64,000 bases of DNA. Origin: Sedimentisphaerales bacterium (GTDB lineage Bacteria; Planctomycetota; Phycisphaerae; Sedimentisphaerales; SM23-30). Positions 21,853 to 32,291 of the stretch are shown here, one piece after another. The stretch is taken from the NCBI GenBank assembly GCA_963663965.2, contig CAXXFK010000033.1, forward strand, positions 1 through 64,000, read 5' to 3'. The translations under genes and the position numbers were made by a program. Position 1 is the stretch's first letter, and every line of letters begins with the position of its first letter. The notes under the pieces were generated by a model. That model did no database searches. It was not told where the DNA came from and worked only from the letters and a program-made list of their open reading frames with translations.

Positions 21853-23241
21853 TTACAATAGGGGTGCTACCATTCGCAGAACCCCTTCAAAGATGTTTTG
21901 TGCCAGATTCACTTGTGGAATTCCAATCTCGGTATCAGGTATCAACGATTCGATCCACTCACGTAAAGCCTGAATCTCCGGCTGACTATAGATTAATATT
22001 GCCAGTTCATAATTTAAGTACAGACTGCGAATGTCGTAATTGGCCGATCCGATCATGGCGATTTGATCATCCATCAGCATTGTCTTGGCATGCAGCATTG
22101 TGGGCATATAGCGATATATCTGGCCGCCGGCCTGCTGGATCTGGCGAAGATGATAGCCGCGCACAACATCCGCGACCGGATGATTGGATTTATTCGGAAT
22201 AAAAATTCTGACATCGACTCCGCGTCGAACCGCCAGGACCAGGCCATGGGTTAAGGGATCATCCGGCACAAAGTAAGGGGTCACAATCCACAACCGTTTC
22301 TGGGCCTCGTAAGAGAGTGACATGATCGCGTCATAAAGCGAGTCGCTGGGCACATCAGGTCCGCTGGGCACCACCTGGGTAATCGTACGGCCCGAATGGC
22401 TGTTTTTCTGTTCCAGACTTTCCGGATAGGCAAGAGCCTGTCCACTGGCAAATTCCCAGTCAGAACTGAAAACCTTCCAGTAGTGTCGAACCGCCGGTCC
22501 TTGCAGCACAAATGACAGATCCTGCCAGCAGGGTTTCCGGGTGGGTCGCCCCAGGTACTCATTGGCAATATTGGTCCCGCCGGCCAGGACCCTGTGGTTA
22601 TCCGAAATCACAATCTTACGGTGGTTGCGCAAGTTCGTGCGGCCGCGTAGCGGATGATGGAGCACCGGCATGAAAAACGCCGCCTGACCGCCCGCGCGAA
22701 TCAGAGGTCTGAGAAATCCTTTATGGATATGCAACGATCCAACGCCATCCAGCAGCAACCGCACCTGAACACCCTGTTCCGCCTTGCGTGTTAACCGCTC
22801 GATGATTTCGTAACCCACGTCATCCCTGCCAAAAACATACGTGGCTATATCGATCGACTGCCGGGCTGATTCGATCTGGTCGATCAGGCAGTGATAGGTT
22901 TGCTGGCCATTCGTGCACAACTCCAGCGAATTCCCCGTTTCCGCTTCCGGATTGCCATAAGAACGCAACATGCGATCCAGTACGTTACAATGTTCCAAAG
23001 GAATGCTTTTGGTTCGGGTCAGGTCGATCGTTTGCTTGCGACCTGCGATTCGGCGCATCTTGCGGCCACCAAGCATCAGATATAACGGAACACCGATATA
23101 AGGCAGGAAGATAATGGCCAGCAGCCAGGCAATCGTACCCGAAGGCGAACGCTTTTGCAGGAGGATATAAGTAACCAGGAATATGCCCAGCACTAAACCC
23201 AGGATAAGACTGCCATGCGTTAATAACCAGGAAAACAGCAT
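21853..23241 (-). CDS. cls: Cardiolipin synthase (PLD family)
   Basis: N-terminal TM pair; two HKD-type motifs (RNHRKIVISD, LHAKTMLMD); TPYFVP. Confidence 0.92.
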   Translation of the reverse strand: MLFSWLLTHGSLILGLVLGIFLVTYILLQKRSPSGTIAWLLAIIFLPYIGVPLYLMLGGRKMRRIAGRKQTIDLTRTKSIPLEHCNVLDRMLRSYGNPEAETGNSLELCTNGQQTYHCLIDQIESARQSIDIATYVFGRDDVGYEIIERLTRKAEQGVQVRLLLDGVGSLHIHKGFLRPLIRAGGQAAFFMPVLHHPLRGRTNLRNHRKIVISDNHRVLAGGTNIANEYLGRPTRKPCWQDLSFVLQGPAVRHYWKVFSSDWEFASGQALAYPESLEQKNSHSGRTITQVVPSGPDVPSDSLYDAIMSLSYEAQKRLWIVTPYFVPDDPLTHGLVLAVRRGVDVRIFIPNKSNHPVADVVRGYHLRQIQQAGGQIYRYMPTMLHAKTMLMDDQIAMIGSANYDIRSLYLNYELAILIYSQPEIQALREWIESLIPDTEIGIPQVNLAQNIFEGVLRMVAPLL

Positions 23242-23328
23242 GGCGCAATTGTAGCGGTTTTAGTGTTTAATGTCAATTAAACGGACTGTCTGGAAAAATA
23301 CCTGATATTCATCTAAGAGGCTATCTTA

Positions 23329-23507
23329 GAGTGCCTAACAAAATGATTTTTGTAGCGAGACCGAGCGAAAAAGTGGTCAGCAAGGCCGCAGGGATCAAAC
23401 ACCCGCAGGCAACCCTACTATGGGTTGTCGAGGATGTTTGGTCCCGAGAACGCCGCGGACTACTTTTGCAGCCGGTCGTAGTAGAAAACTCATTTTGTTA
23501 GGGGCTC
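23329..23507. mobile_element. 179-bp MITE-like element, copy 1
   Basis: Terminal inverted repeats GAGTGCCTAACAAAATGA / TCATTTTGTTAGGGGCTC (16/18) flanked by TTA on both sides; related copy at 63296. Confidence 0.8.
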
Positions 23508-24512
23508 TTAGTTGAACTGAGTATATTCATTCAACAACCGCAAAAAGATCCGGTATTCATCCAGCGAAACGCCCGGCGGCGTTTGATGATCCACACTGGG
23601 AATAAAGCCGCCCGTTTTCATTAATGGGATCAGTCGTTCAAATTCAGCCCGCATCGCCGCTTCACCCTGGTTCATCACCAGCTTGTTATAATGACCCACC
23701 ATACCCAGTTTCGGATAAAGTTCTCGCAATGCGTCCCCATCGACATTGGCCTGCCGTTCCAGCGGCAGCACGCCATCGATTCCCACCTCCTGCAGCCAGG
23801 GCACCAGTTCCGTCACATCGCCGTCCGTATCCACGATCACAATCATATTCATATCTTTCAAGACCGCAAGCAGGCGGCGATAGTAGGGGGCCAGAAAATC
23901 CTCAAAGACCTTCCGCGAAATCATCGGCCCGTGATTGTAACTCATATCCTCGGCAATGGTCATGAACGTCGGAATGCAGGTCTGCCGCATCTGCTGAACC
24001 AGACCCAGGTTAAACGCCAGCAGATCCTCATTAATGGCGTGAACCAGTTCAGGCTGATCATAATAGGCGTAGCTGAGTTTTTCGATATCCATCAGCGTCC
24101 GGGGAAACCAGAAAAATCCTTCCAGCGTGGCCCAGACCACCGCCTGGCCGTTGGATTGCCGTTGCGACCAGGGCTTCATGGTTTCGATCGCGGCCGAATG
24201 ATCCGGAAACAGCAACGGCCGGATCCGGCGATAATCATCCATATCGGCGACCGTCCCTTCCGTATGATGCTGGGTGGCTTCAATGGTTGCCTGGGTCGTA
24301 CTGAACCAGTATTGCTTATACGGATCCAGTCCAAAATACTCGAAGATCCCGGTTACATCACTGAAGTGAAGCTCCGCCGGCAATCCTTCCTGATGCCAGC
24401 GGGCAATGGTTTCATCCCACCACATGGCCCATTCCCAGCGGGGCAACCGATCCACCGGTTCATAATTCATGACGGCACGGAATCTTTCCACATGGTTCAT
24501 CGTAGCTTTCAT
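23508..24512 (-). CDS. Uroporphyrinogen decarboxylase (URO-D/MtaA-like) family protein
   Basis: ERFRAVMNYEPVDRLP, AEDM.YNHGPMIS, DTDGDV, GGFIPSVDH; start at ATG 24512 with GAGG RBS. Confidence 0.85.
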   Translation of the reverse strand: MKATMNHVERFRAVMNYEPVDRLPRWEWAMWWDETIARWHQEGLPAELHFSDVTGIFEYFGLDPYKQYWFSTTQATIEATQHHTEGTVADMDDYRRIRPLLFPDHSAAIETMKPWSQRQSNGQAVVWATLEGFFWFPRTLMDIEKLSYAYYDQPELVHAINEDLLAFNLGLVQQMRQTCIPTFMTIAEDMSYNHGPMISRKVFEDFLAPYYRRLLAVLKDMNMIVIVDTDGDVTELVPWLQEVGIDGVLPLERQANVDGDALRELYPKLGMVGHYNKLVMNQGEAAMRAEFERLIPLMKTGGFIPSVDHQTPPGVSLDEYRIFLRLLNEYTQFN

Positions 24513-24719
24513 AGCATACCTCAACGAATCGTTTTGATAAACAGGATTTACCTTATTCTGAATAATATACTGGTAAGACGTGTGCAAAAAAATCACAATT
24601 TGGTATATCTTTTTCCCATTTTGGAAACATGGCGCTTGCTGAATCTTTGTGCTTGTCCTAAAATAATCCTGTTTTGCCTCGGATGATTGTTATCGCCCAT
24701 TAATATATGATTTGTTTCT

Positions 24720-25895
24720 ATGATGAAAACGGTTTCCAAAGTCATTTTGCTGATCGAAAATTCCCGGCAGTTCGGCCGCGATCTGCAACGTGGGATCGCC
24801 CGGTATGCCGCGCTGCATGGTCCGTGGAATTTTTATAACCTGCCCCCGTTTTTTGTTGAACAATCCCGCCAGTCCCAAAAACTGGAATTTCAACGGCTAA
24901 AAACCTGGGGTGCCAACGGCGCTATTATGCGGGATATCGCCAATATCGATGAAGTGGAGGCTCTGGGGATCCCGATGATTGTTTCATCCAATACCCATGC
25001 CCGTTATCACGGCTTACCCAATTTACTGACCGATGACTATGAAGTTGGCAAACTGGCGGCCGAACATCTGCTCGAACGGGGCTATCGATATTACGGATTT
25101 GTCGATTATTACGATTTCTACTGGAGTCAGGCGCGCTGGCAGGGATTTGGCGATACGATTCGCAGGGCGGGTTATCCCCTGTGGTATTATCGTCCACCCC
25201 GATCCCGCCATCAGCGCTTATGGGATATCGAACAGCAGGCCATGATGCAATGGTTATTGCAATTGCCTCGTCCCATAGGTTTGATGGCTTGTATCGACGA
25301 AAGGGCCCAGAATGTGATCGAAGCCTGTCGCCAGGTCGATATTAAAATTCCCGAAGAGGTTGCTATTGTGGGCGGGGACAATGATGAATTGATTTGCGAA
25401 CTTTCCAATCCGCAGCTTTCCAGCGTTCGGGTGGATGGCATGCAGGCCGGTTATGAAGCCGCCGCGTTGCTGGATCGTCTGATGCAGGGAGAAACGCCAA
25501 AGGTGACTACCGTACCGGTTCACGCCACCGGGGTGGTAGTGCGTCATTCTACCGATATCCTGGCAGTAAATGACAAAGAGGTTGCTGAAGCGCTCCAATT
25601 TATCAGGGCCAGTCTTTCCAGTCCCATTCAGGTGGCTGATGTCGCCGGCCATTGCGCCCTGACCCGGCAGGGATTGAATAAGAAATTCAAAAAAACGCTT
25701 GGTCGTTCCATTCATCAGGAAATCGCGCTGGTCCGGATTCAACAGATCAAGCGCCTGTTATTAGAAACCAATATGACCATCTCCGATATCGCCCGGACCG
25801 TCGGCCGGATGGAACTCAAGCAACTCTCCCGGTTTTTCAAAAAATATACCGATCTCAGTCCGTTGCAGTACCGCCGCCGTCACGGTCACAAATAA
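24720..25895 (+). CDS. XylR-type regulator (periplasmic-binding-protein-like sensor plus AraC HTH)
   Basis: GRDLQRGIARYA, IPEEVAIVGGDND, LSSV, C-terminal AraC HTH (FKKYTDLSPLQYR); divergent from the URO-D gene. Confidence 0.9.
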   Translation: MMKTVSKVILLIENSRQFGRDLQRGIARYAALHGPWNFYNLPPFFVEQSRQSQKLEFQRLKTWGANGAIMRDIANIDEVEALGIPMIVSSNTHARYHGLPNLLTDDYEVGKLAAEHLLERGYRYYGFVDYYDFYWSQARWQGFGDTIRRAGYPLWYYRPPRSRHQRLWDIEQQAMMQWLLQLPRPIGLMACIDERAQNVIEACRQVDIKIPEEVAIVGGDNDELICELSNPQLSSVRVDGMQAGYEAAALLDRLMQGETPKVTTVPVHATGVVVRHSTDILAVNDKEVAEALQFIRASLSSPIQVADVAGHCALTRQGLNKKFKKTLGRSIHQEIALVRIQQIKRLLLETNMTISDIARTVGRMELKQLSRFFKKYTDLSPLQYRRRHGHK

Positions 25896-26159
25896 TCCGA
25901 TGCAATATTTTTTGATAAACCGGAAATATATCTGGATGAGGGCTCATTAAACCATCCGTTTTAATTCTCTAACATGCTGACATATAGAGGAATATAAATC
26001 TTAGTACCGGATTGTCAATTTCATGTAAAAATTTTAACTGTTTTCTTGCAAGAGTTTCATTTCCAGATGAATTATGTTAATATCATATCGCCAACATGAA
26101 CGGCGCTGTAGTCGTTTCTTGTTATATAACTAACCGATCTTACTGATTTGGAGAATATT

Positions 26160-28211
26160 ATGATCTCACCCATCAAGCTGTTCACCGGATTTCTTTTGAT
26201 TCTGATTGCGGTTGTACCCTCTTACGCTGCCATTAAGGTCATGGTCGATCACAATTCTAATGACCTGGCTATTTCTGCCTTTAAATTTAAAAATACTCCT
26301 GTTCCCAGTCAGGGTGACGCGGCCAAAACTGCCCAATTCACTCTCGTTGATGGTAGCCGGGACCGTAACGGTGGCGATCTCGATAAACTGCACGACGATA
26401 AACTGCCCACTGGCGAAGATCGCCCGGGCGATAACTATTTTTTCGCTGCGAATACCGATGGCGGACGCATTTCTATCGATTTGGGCCGCCCAATAAATGT
26501 CAAGCAGGTCAATACCTATTCCTGGCATCCCAATTCTCGTGGTCCCCAGGTTTATAAGCTCTATGCCACTACGGGCAGCGCCAATGACTTCAATGCCAAA
26601 CCGGCCCGGACTGTTGATCCCGTATCCTGCGGATGGACTTTATTAGCCAGTGTCGATACCCGTCCGGAATCCGGACAGGGGGGCGGCCAGTATGGCGTCA
26701 GTGTCGTTAATACCGATGGCAATCTGGGCAGCTACCGCTATCTGCTCTTTGATATCGCGCGGACCAGCGCAAGTGATCCATTCGCCAATACCTTTTATAG
26801 CGAAATCGATGTCATTGACGCCGATGCTCCTGCTGTGACCCCAATTCCGGATCCCATGGCAGGTCAGGCCAACTCGCTTATCACTCTGAAACTTCAAGAG
26901 GGTAAATATCAGGTTATCATCGATACCACCGAAACTCCCGATCTGACCAAATGGGCCAAAAACGAACTGGCGCCGGTGGTTGAGGAATGGTATCTCAAAC
27001 TCGTTGATATGCTGCCCAGTGAAGGGTACCAGGCCCCGCAACGGGTCGATATCTATTTCAGCGCCAGTATGCAGGGGGTGGCGGCGACCGGCGGATCGCG
27101 GGTTCAGTGTGCCGCGGCCTGGTTCCGAAACAATTTGAACGGCGAAGCCAAAGGCGCGGTCGTTCACGAACTGGTGCATGTTGTCCAGCAGTATGGCCTC
27201 GCGCGCAGAATGAATCGCCAGGCGACCCGTACCCCCGGATGGGTGGTCGAAGGGATTCCGGATTATATCCGCTGGTTCCTGTATGAACCGGAAACGCGCG
27301 GTGCTGAAATAACCAGTCGTTCACTGTCCCGCGCCAATTACGATGGCAGCTACCGGATCAGCGGTAATTTTATCAACTGGGTTACCAACACGCATGATAA
27401 GAATATTGTTCGCAAACTGAACGCTGCCGCTCGCGAAGGGCGCTACGCGGATACGATCTGGAAAGATTGCACTGGTCGCGATCTGGACCAGTTGAATACT
27501 GAATGGAAAGCGTATCTCGAAAAGAAAATCGCCGATGAAGCGGCCGAAGCCGCCCGCCGCAATACCCTGACCGAAGAAGAAAAGAAAGCCGGCTGGCAAT
27601 TGCTGTTCAACGGCCAGAATCTGGATGGCTGGCATAACTTTAAAAGCGATAAGATCCGGCCCGGTTGGAAAGTGATCAACGGCATTCTGACTTGTGCCGA
27701 TCCGCATGACGCCGGCGATCTCTGTACCGCTGATGAGTTTGACTGGTTTGAACTCCAGATCGATTACAATATCTCCAAAGGCGGTAACAGCGGTATTATG
27801 TACCATGTCTCCAACGAAGGCGGGGCGGCCTGGGCTTCCGGACCGGAATTCCAACTGGAAGATAACAGCGCCGCCGCGGATCCTGTCCGTTGCGGCTGGC
27901 TCTACGCGCTCTATCAACCGCCGCTCGATCCCAAAACCAATAAAACGCTGGACGCCACCAAGCCGGCCGGACAGTGGAACCATATCCGGTTGTTGATCTC
28001 ACCGGAAAAATGCGTGCATGAAATCAATGGCGTGAAATATTTCGAATATGTCCTCGACAGCGACGATTTCAAACAGCGCGTCGCCAAGAGCAAGTTCAGC
28101 CGCATGCCCCTTTTCGCTAAAAAGCATCTGGGCGCTATTGCCCTCCAGGGCGACCATGGCCAGGTCTCTTTCTGTAATATCAAAATCCGCCCGATTAAAG
28201 CCGATAACTGA
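26160..28211 (+). CDS. Secreted multidomain protein: discoidin-like + BSP-family HExxH peptidase-like + DUF1080 (3-keto-glycoside hydrolase)
   Basis: Signal peptide; VVHELVHVVQ, WVVEGIPDYIRW; NTLT.EEK..GWQLLFNG.NLDGW, NSGI, IALQGDHG; GGAGA RBS before ATG 26160. Confidence 0.82.
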   Translation: MISPIKLFTGFLLILIAVVPSYAAIKVMVDHNSNDLAISAFKFKNTPVPSQGDAAKTAQFTLVDGSRDRNGGDLDKLHDDKLPTGEDRPGDNYFFAANTDGGRISIDLGRPINVKQVNTYSWHPNSRGPQVYKLYATTGSANDFNAKPARTVDPVSCGWTLLASVDTRPESGQGGGQYGVSVVNTDGNLGSYRYLLFDIARTSASDPFANTFYSEIDVIDADAPAVTPIPDPMAGQANSLITLKLQEGKYQVIIDTTETPDLTKWAKNELAPVVEEWYLKLVDMLPSEGYQAPQRVDIYFSASMQGVAATGGSRVQCAAAWFRNNLNGEAKGAVVHELVHVVQQYGLARRMNRQATRTPGWVVEGIPDYIRWFLYEPETRGAEITSRSLSRANYDGSYRISGNFINWVTNTHDKNIVRKLNAAAREGRYADTIWKDCTGRDLDQLNTEWKAYLEKKIADEAAEAARRNTLTEEEKKAGWQLLFNGQNLDGWHNFKSDKIRPGWKVINGILTCADPHDAGDLCTADEFDWFELQIDYNISKGGNSGIMYHVSNEGGAAWASGPEFQLEDNSAAADPVRCGWLYALYQPPLDPKTNKTLDATKPAGQWNHIRLLISPEKCVHEINGVKYFEYVLDSDDFKQRVAKSKFSRMPLFAKKHLGAIALQGDHGQVSFCNIKIRPIKADN

Positions 28212-28249
28212 TAGTATCGTTTGAAAATCGATTGAGCAATTAATAAGCC

Positions 28250-28280
28250 AGGCTTCTCCTTGTGAGAGGCCTTTTTCTTT
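28250..28280 (+). terminator. Intrinsic terminator
   Basis: AGGCTTCTC-CTTGT-GAGAGGCCT followed by a T tract. Confidence 0.7.
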
Positions 28281-28293
28281 TATCCGGTAATGG

Positions 28294-29262
28294 TTAATAG
28301 TCGATCAGCCGCCAGTTTTTCAGGTCAAAAACCTGTCTTTGGTGGAAGGCATGCTCTTTCAACAAGACCGTAATCGATATCAGACCCGCAATCGTGACAA
28401 TAATTCCCAGCACAATAATCTGGCCGATCGCTTCACCGAGATCCTTCTTGCTGTCAAGTTGATGCTGGCCGATCAGCCAGCCAATTCCGATGCAAAGAAT
28501 CCCGGCAATCAGGTAAAGCAGGGCTTTGACAAAACCTCGTCGCGTGTTTTTGTTCAGAATCGAGATCACCCGGTTCCGGCAGGATTGGATCTGAGGCCGA
28601 TCCGCCTGATCCAGCAGGGCGGGAAAGATAACCGGCTGTTTGAAGGGTATGCCAACCGCCTGGGGACAGAGGGCCATGATCCTGTCAAACAGCTGTTGGT
28701 TTAACTGCGGACTGCCCGGTTTGAGATAATATTTCTGTTTGTCTGAATAGAGTGCTGTTTTTCCCCAGACTATCATTTCGCCTCCCGATAAACTCAAACC
28801 GGTAATGCTGACCACTGCCGACATATCCTCCGTTTGAATTTCGATTGTCTGATCGAGTGAATATAGGGTGATTTTGCCTTTCTCCAGCGAGACCTTCCGC
28901 CACCGCTTACCATATCGATATTTTGCCAGAATGCCTGAAATGATGATGAAGGTTAATGTGATGATAATGTATCCGCTGATAATATCATACTGCCCGGTCA
29001 GGTTAAGCCAGGTTTTGGTAATTAGTACGGCAATAATCAGCCCCACAACCAACCCGAAAAAACCGGCTATCATAATCGCTTCACGACGGGTCAGGCCATC
29101 GAATTCTATCTCCTCACGCTCACGGTCTCGCTTCCCGGACAAGGATTTCCGCTGATTGCCAACGCTGTCTGGGTCATCAGTTGAAGGGGCGGATGGGCCA
29201 AAGTTTATATCATCGCCATGTCTCATGAGACTTAGCATAACCCAAAAGAGCCCGTCAGGCAA
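28294..29262 (-). CDS. Hypothetical membrane protein (2+2 TM around a soluble domain); start uncertain
   Basis: 322-aa ORF with four hydrophobic segments. Confidence 0.6.
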   Translation of the reverse strand: MPDGLFWVMLSLMRHGDDINFGPSAPSTDDPDSVGNQRKSLSGKRDREREEIEFDGLTRREAIMIAGFFGLVVGLIIAVLITKTWLNLTGQYDIISGYIIITLTFIIISGILAKYRYGKRWRKVSLEKGKITLYSLDQTIEIQTEDMSAVVSITGLSLSGGEMIVWGKTALYSDKQKYYLKPGSPQLNQQLFDRIMALCPQAVGIPFKQPVIFPALLDQADRPQIQSCRNRVISILNKNTRRGFVKALLYLIAGILCIGIGWLIGQHQLDSKKDLGEAIGQIIVLGIIVTIAGLISITVLLKEHAFHQRQVFDLKNWRLIDY

Positions 29263-29483
29263 GCAGATATCAATCCCATCAGCGCCTTGGCTTTAAAGTT
29301 CAATTATAGCAATGATTTAATGCAATGTGAAAGCCTTACTAAGCGTTATTGTAACTGCCATGCCGTGATCTCTGCCAGCTATAATTAATTGTGATCTAAC
29401 ACCGCAAAGCGGATCTTAAACTGTATGAAGAGAAACATTGGCATAACACTATCAAAAATGCAAATAAAGAAGGTTACCTGATT

Positions 29484-32289
29484 ATGAAATTACCCGGTCT
29501 TTCCATGCGTAAATTGATTGTCCTGTTTTCCCTGTCTTTCATCTGCGGATGGCCTGTAATCGTCTCGGCGGCTTCCAACACCCCAACGGATTGGCAAGCC
29601 AGTTTCGCCCAGCCGCCGGCCGACGCGCGCATCTTGAAAATTATCCACAACTGGCCCCGATTCCCCCCAGGCTCAGCAGCAGATGATCAACCGGTTTCGT
29701 GATCTGGATTTCGGCGGCGTGGTCTGCAATGTCTCCTTCGATCAGTATCTCGAAAGTGAACCCAAATGGCAGGCCTTTGTCAACGCGGTCAAATCGGCCA
29801 GAGACGCCGGGTTTGCCATGTGGCTTTACGATGAACGCGGCTATCCATCCGGTAACGCCGGCGGCATCACCCTGCGTGATCATCCCGAGTGGCAGGCTTA
29901 CGGTCTGCTCATTGCCGATACCCGGTCGCCGGGTGGGCTGGTCACCTTGACATTGCCGCCGGGCAAACTCATTCTGGCCAACGCCTTTGCTGTCAAAGAT
30001 AACCGTATCGACCTGTCAGACAAAATCGATCTGGCTTCCCGGATCGCAGATGGGGCGTTATCCTGGCAGGCTCCGTCTGGTAACTGGTATGTAATGGCCA
30101 TTACCGAAAGTACGCTTTATGAAGGCACTCACGCCGATTCCAATCTTTACGCCAAGATCCCTTATATCAATCTGCTCATGCCGGAACCGACCGCCCGTTT
30201 TGTCGATGTGACTTATGACAATTACGCCAAGTACCTGGGCCCCGATTTAAGTCAGTATTTCATGGCCTCCTTTACCGATGAACCCTCTTTGATGAGCCTG
30301 TTTTTACGGCCCATGCCATACCGGCCATTGCCCTGGTCACCCGGTTTCTCTGCCGAATTTCAAAAACGCCGCGGCTACCCTCTGAAAACCGAAAATCTCC
30401 CGGCCCTGGTCACCAACGCCGGACCGGCCGGCGCGAAGATCCGCTACGATTACTGGCAGACTGTCGGCGATCTGGTTTCCGAAAATTATTTCGGCCAGAT
30501 CCGCACCCGTTGCCGTCAGTATCATATCCCTTCCGGCGGCCATCTCTTGCTGGAAGAAGGCATCGTCGGCCATGTCACCCTCTATGGCGATTTCTTCCAG
30601 TGTATCCGTCATTTGGACGCCCCCAGTATCGATTGTCTCACCAGTATCCCGGCTGAGGTCCCCTGGTATGTGGCCCGGCTCCTCAGCAGCGCCGGCGAAC
30701 TCGAAGGCCGTCCGCTGATCATGAGCGAAACCTCCGACCATTCCCAGGTCTATCGCCCCCAGGGGGATCAGCGTTCCAAACAGGTTGTCACCGAGGCGCA
30801 AATCCGCGGTACCTGCAACCGCCTGATCGTATCGGGCGTCAACTGCATTACCAGTTACTACAGCTTCGCGGAACTGAAGGATGACCAGTATCGCCGCCTG
30901 AATCAGTGGGTCGGCCGATGCTGCGCCTCCTTACGCGGCGGCCATCAGGTCATCGATATCGCCGTTGTCTATCCCACCGAAACCCTCTGGACCCGCTTCG
31001 AACCCTCGCGTCACTGGACCAGCGGTGCGAAAGATGCCCTTGCCATCGAAAAAATCTATCGTAATATCTCCGAAAGCCTTTTTACCTCTCAGCGCGACTT
31101 CACCTTTATCGACAGTCAGGCCATTCAGGATGCCACCGCTCAGGATTCCGCTTTCATCCACGGTCCACTCAAGTGGCGTGTCATCATTCTGCCCGGTGTC
31201 GACACACTCCCGCAAGCCGCCTGGGACAAGCTCGCCCGCTTCGTTCAACAGGGCGGGGTGCTGATCGCTTTAGGCGCCTTGCCGGCCAATAACGAAACCG
31301 AATTCCCTTCCCGGCGTATTAAGGCGCTGGCCCGGGAAATCTTCGGCCAGTCCGCTCCCGATACCCTCCCCGGCCATACTCCCCAATGCCACATCAACGA
31401 CCGGGGCGGTGTGGGCCTCTTCCTGCCCAACGGCCTGGAAGGCATGGTTCCCCAACTGCTGAACCAACTGCTCGAGCCGGATACCCGGGTATCGCCCGCC
31501 CAGTCACCCATCCGCGTCACCCACCGTCGGATCGACGACCACGATATCTATTTTACCATTAACGACAGCGACCAGCCCTGGCAGGGCGAATTAACCTTTG
31601 CCGCCACCGGCCCCGGTGAACACTGGAATCCCGCCACCGGCGCCCTGGAGTCCAGCCTGTCCGCCAACTCCGTTTCCCTGAAACTCGAATCCTATGGTGC
31701 GGCCATTTTCCGATTCACCTCAGCCCGCGCACCCAAACGCTATCCGCTTTCCCAGGATTCCATGCCAACGATTACTCTCAAATCCCTGCCGCAAACCAAA
31801 CCCACCATGGGTCACGGCGAATTTGTCAAAGCCCAGCTGACTTCAGATATCAATCGCGTTTCAGACAATGCTTCCGTCTGGCAGGCAGCCGCCACCCTGA
31901 CCAAAAGCGATGTCGATACCCATCTTTTCCTTGTATTCCATTACGACCAGCCCCTGGACCTCAGCGATGCCGATTGTCTCGCGATCGATACCCACATCCC
32001 CGAAAATCAGGCTACTCCCAGCCAGATACTGGTCATCATTCACGAAACCGGCGGCGGCGATTTCCTCGCTTCCAGCGGCCGGTCTATGTCACAATCCGGC
32101 TGGGATCGCACCTATCTGCCCATCGCCAGTTTCAATCTGGCCGGCTGGTCCAAAGATGCCAACGGCCTGCTCGATCTGGACAAAATCGCCGATATCCGCG
32201 TGGGGTGGGGCGGCTATTTCGGCAAGGAAAATGAATCTATCCAGTTCAGCACCACCCAGCCCCGTTCCGGCGTTATTACCGGCAAGTGA
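29484..32289 (+). pseudogene. GH106-like secreted glycoside hydrolase split by a +1 frameshift (real lesion or sequencing error)
   Basis: Signal peptide and FAQPPADARILKIIHNWP in ORF 29484-29702; removing one C at 29655-29668 joins it to ORF 29683-32289 (WLYDERGYPSG, FTDEPS, IMSE). Confidence 0.7.
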
Positions 32290-32291
32290 GG

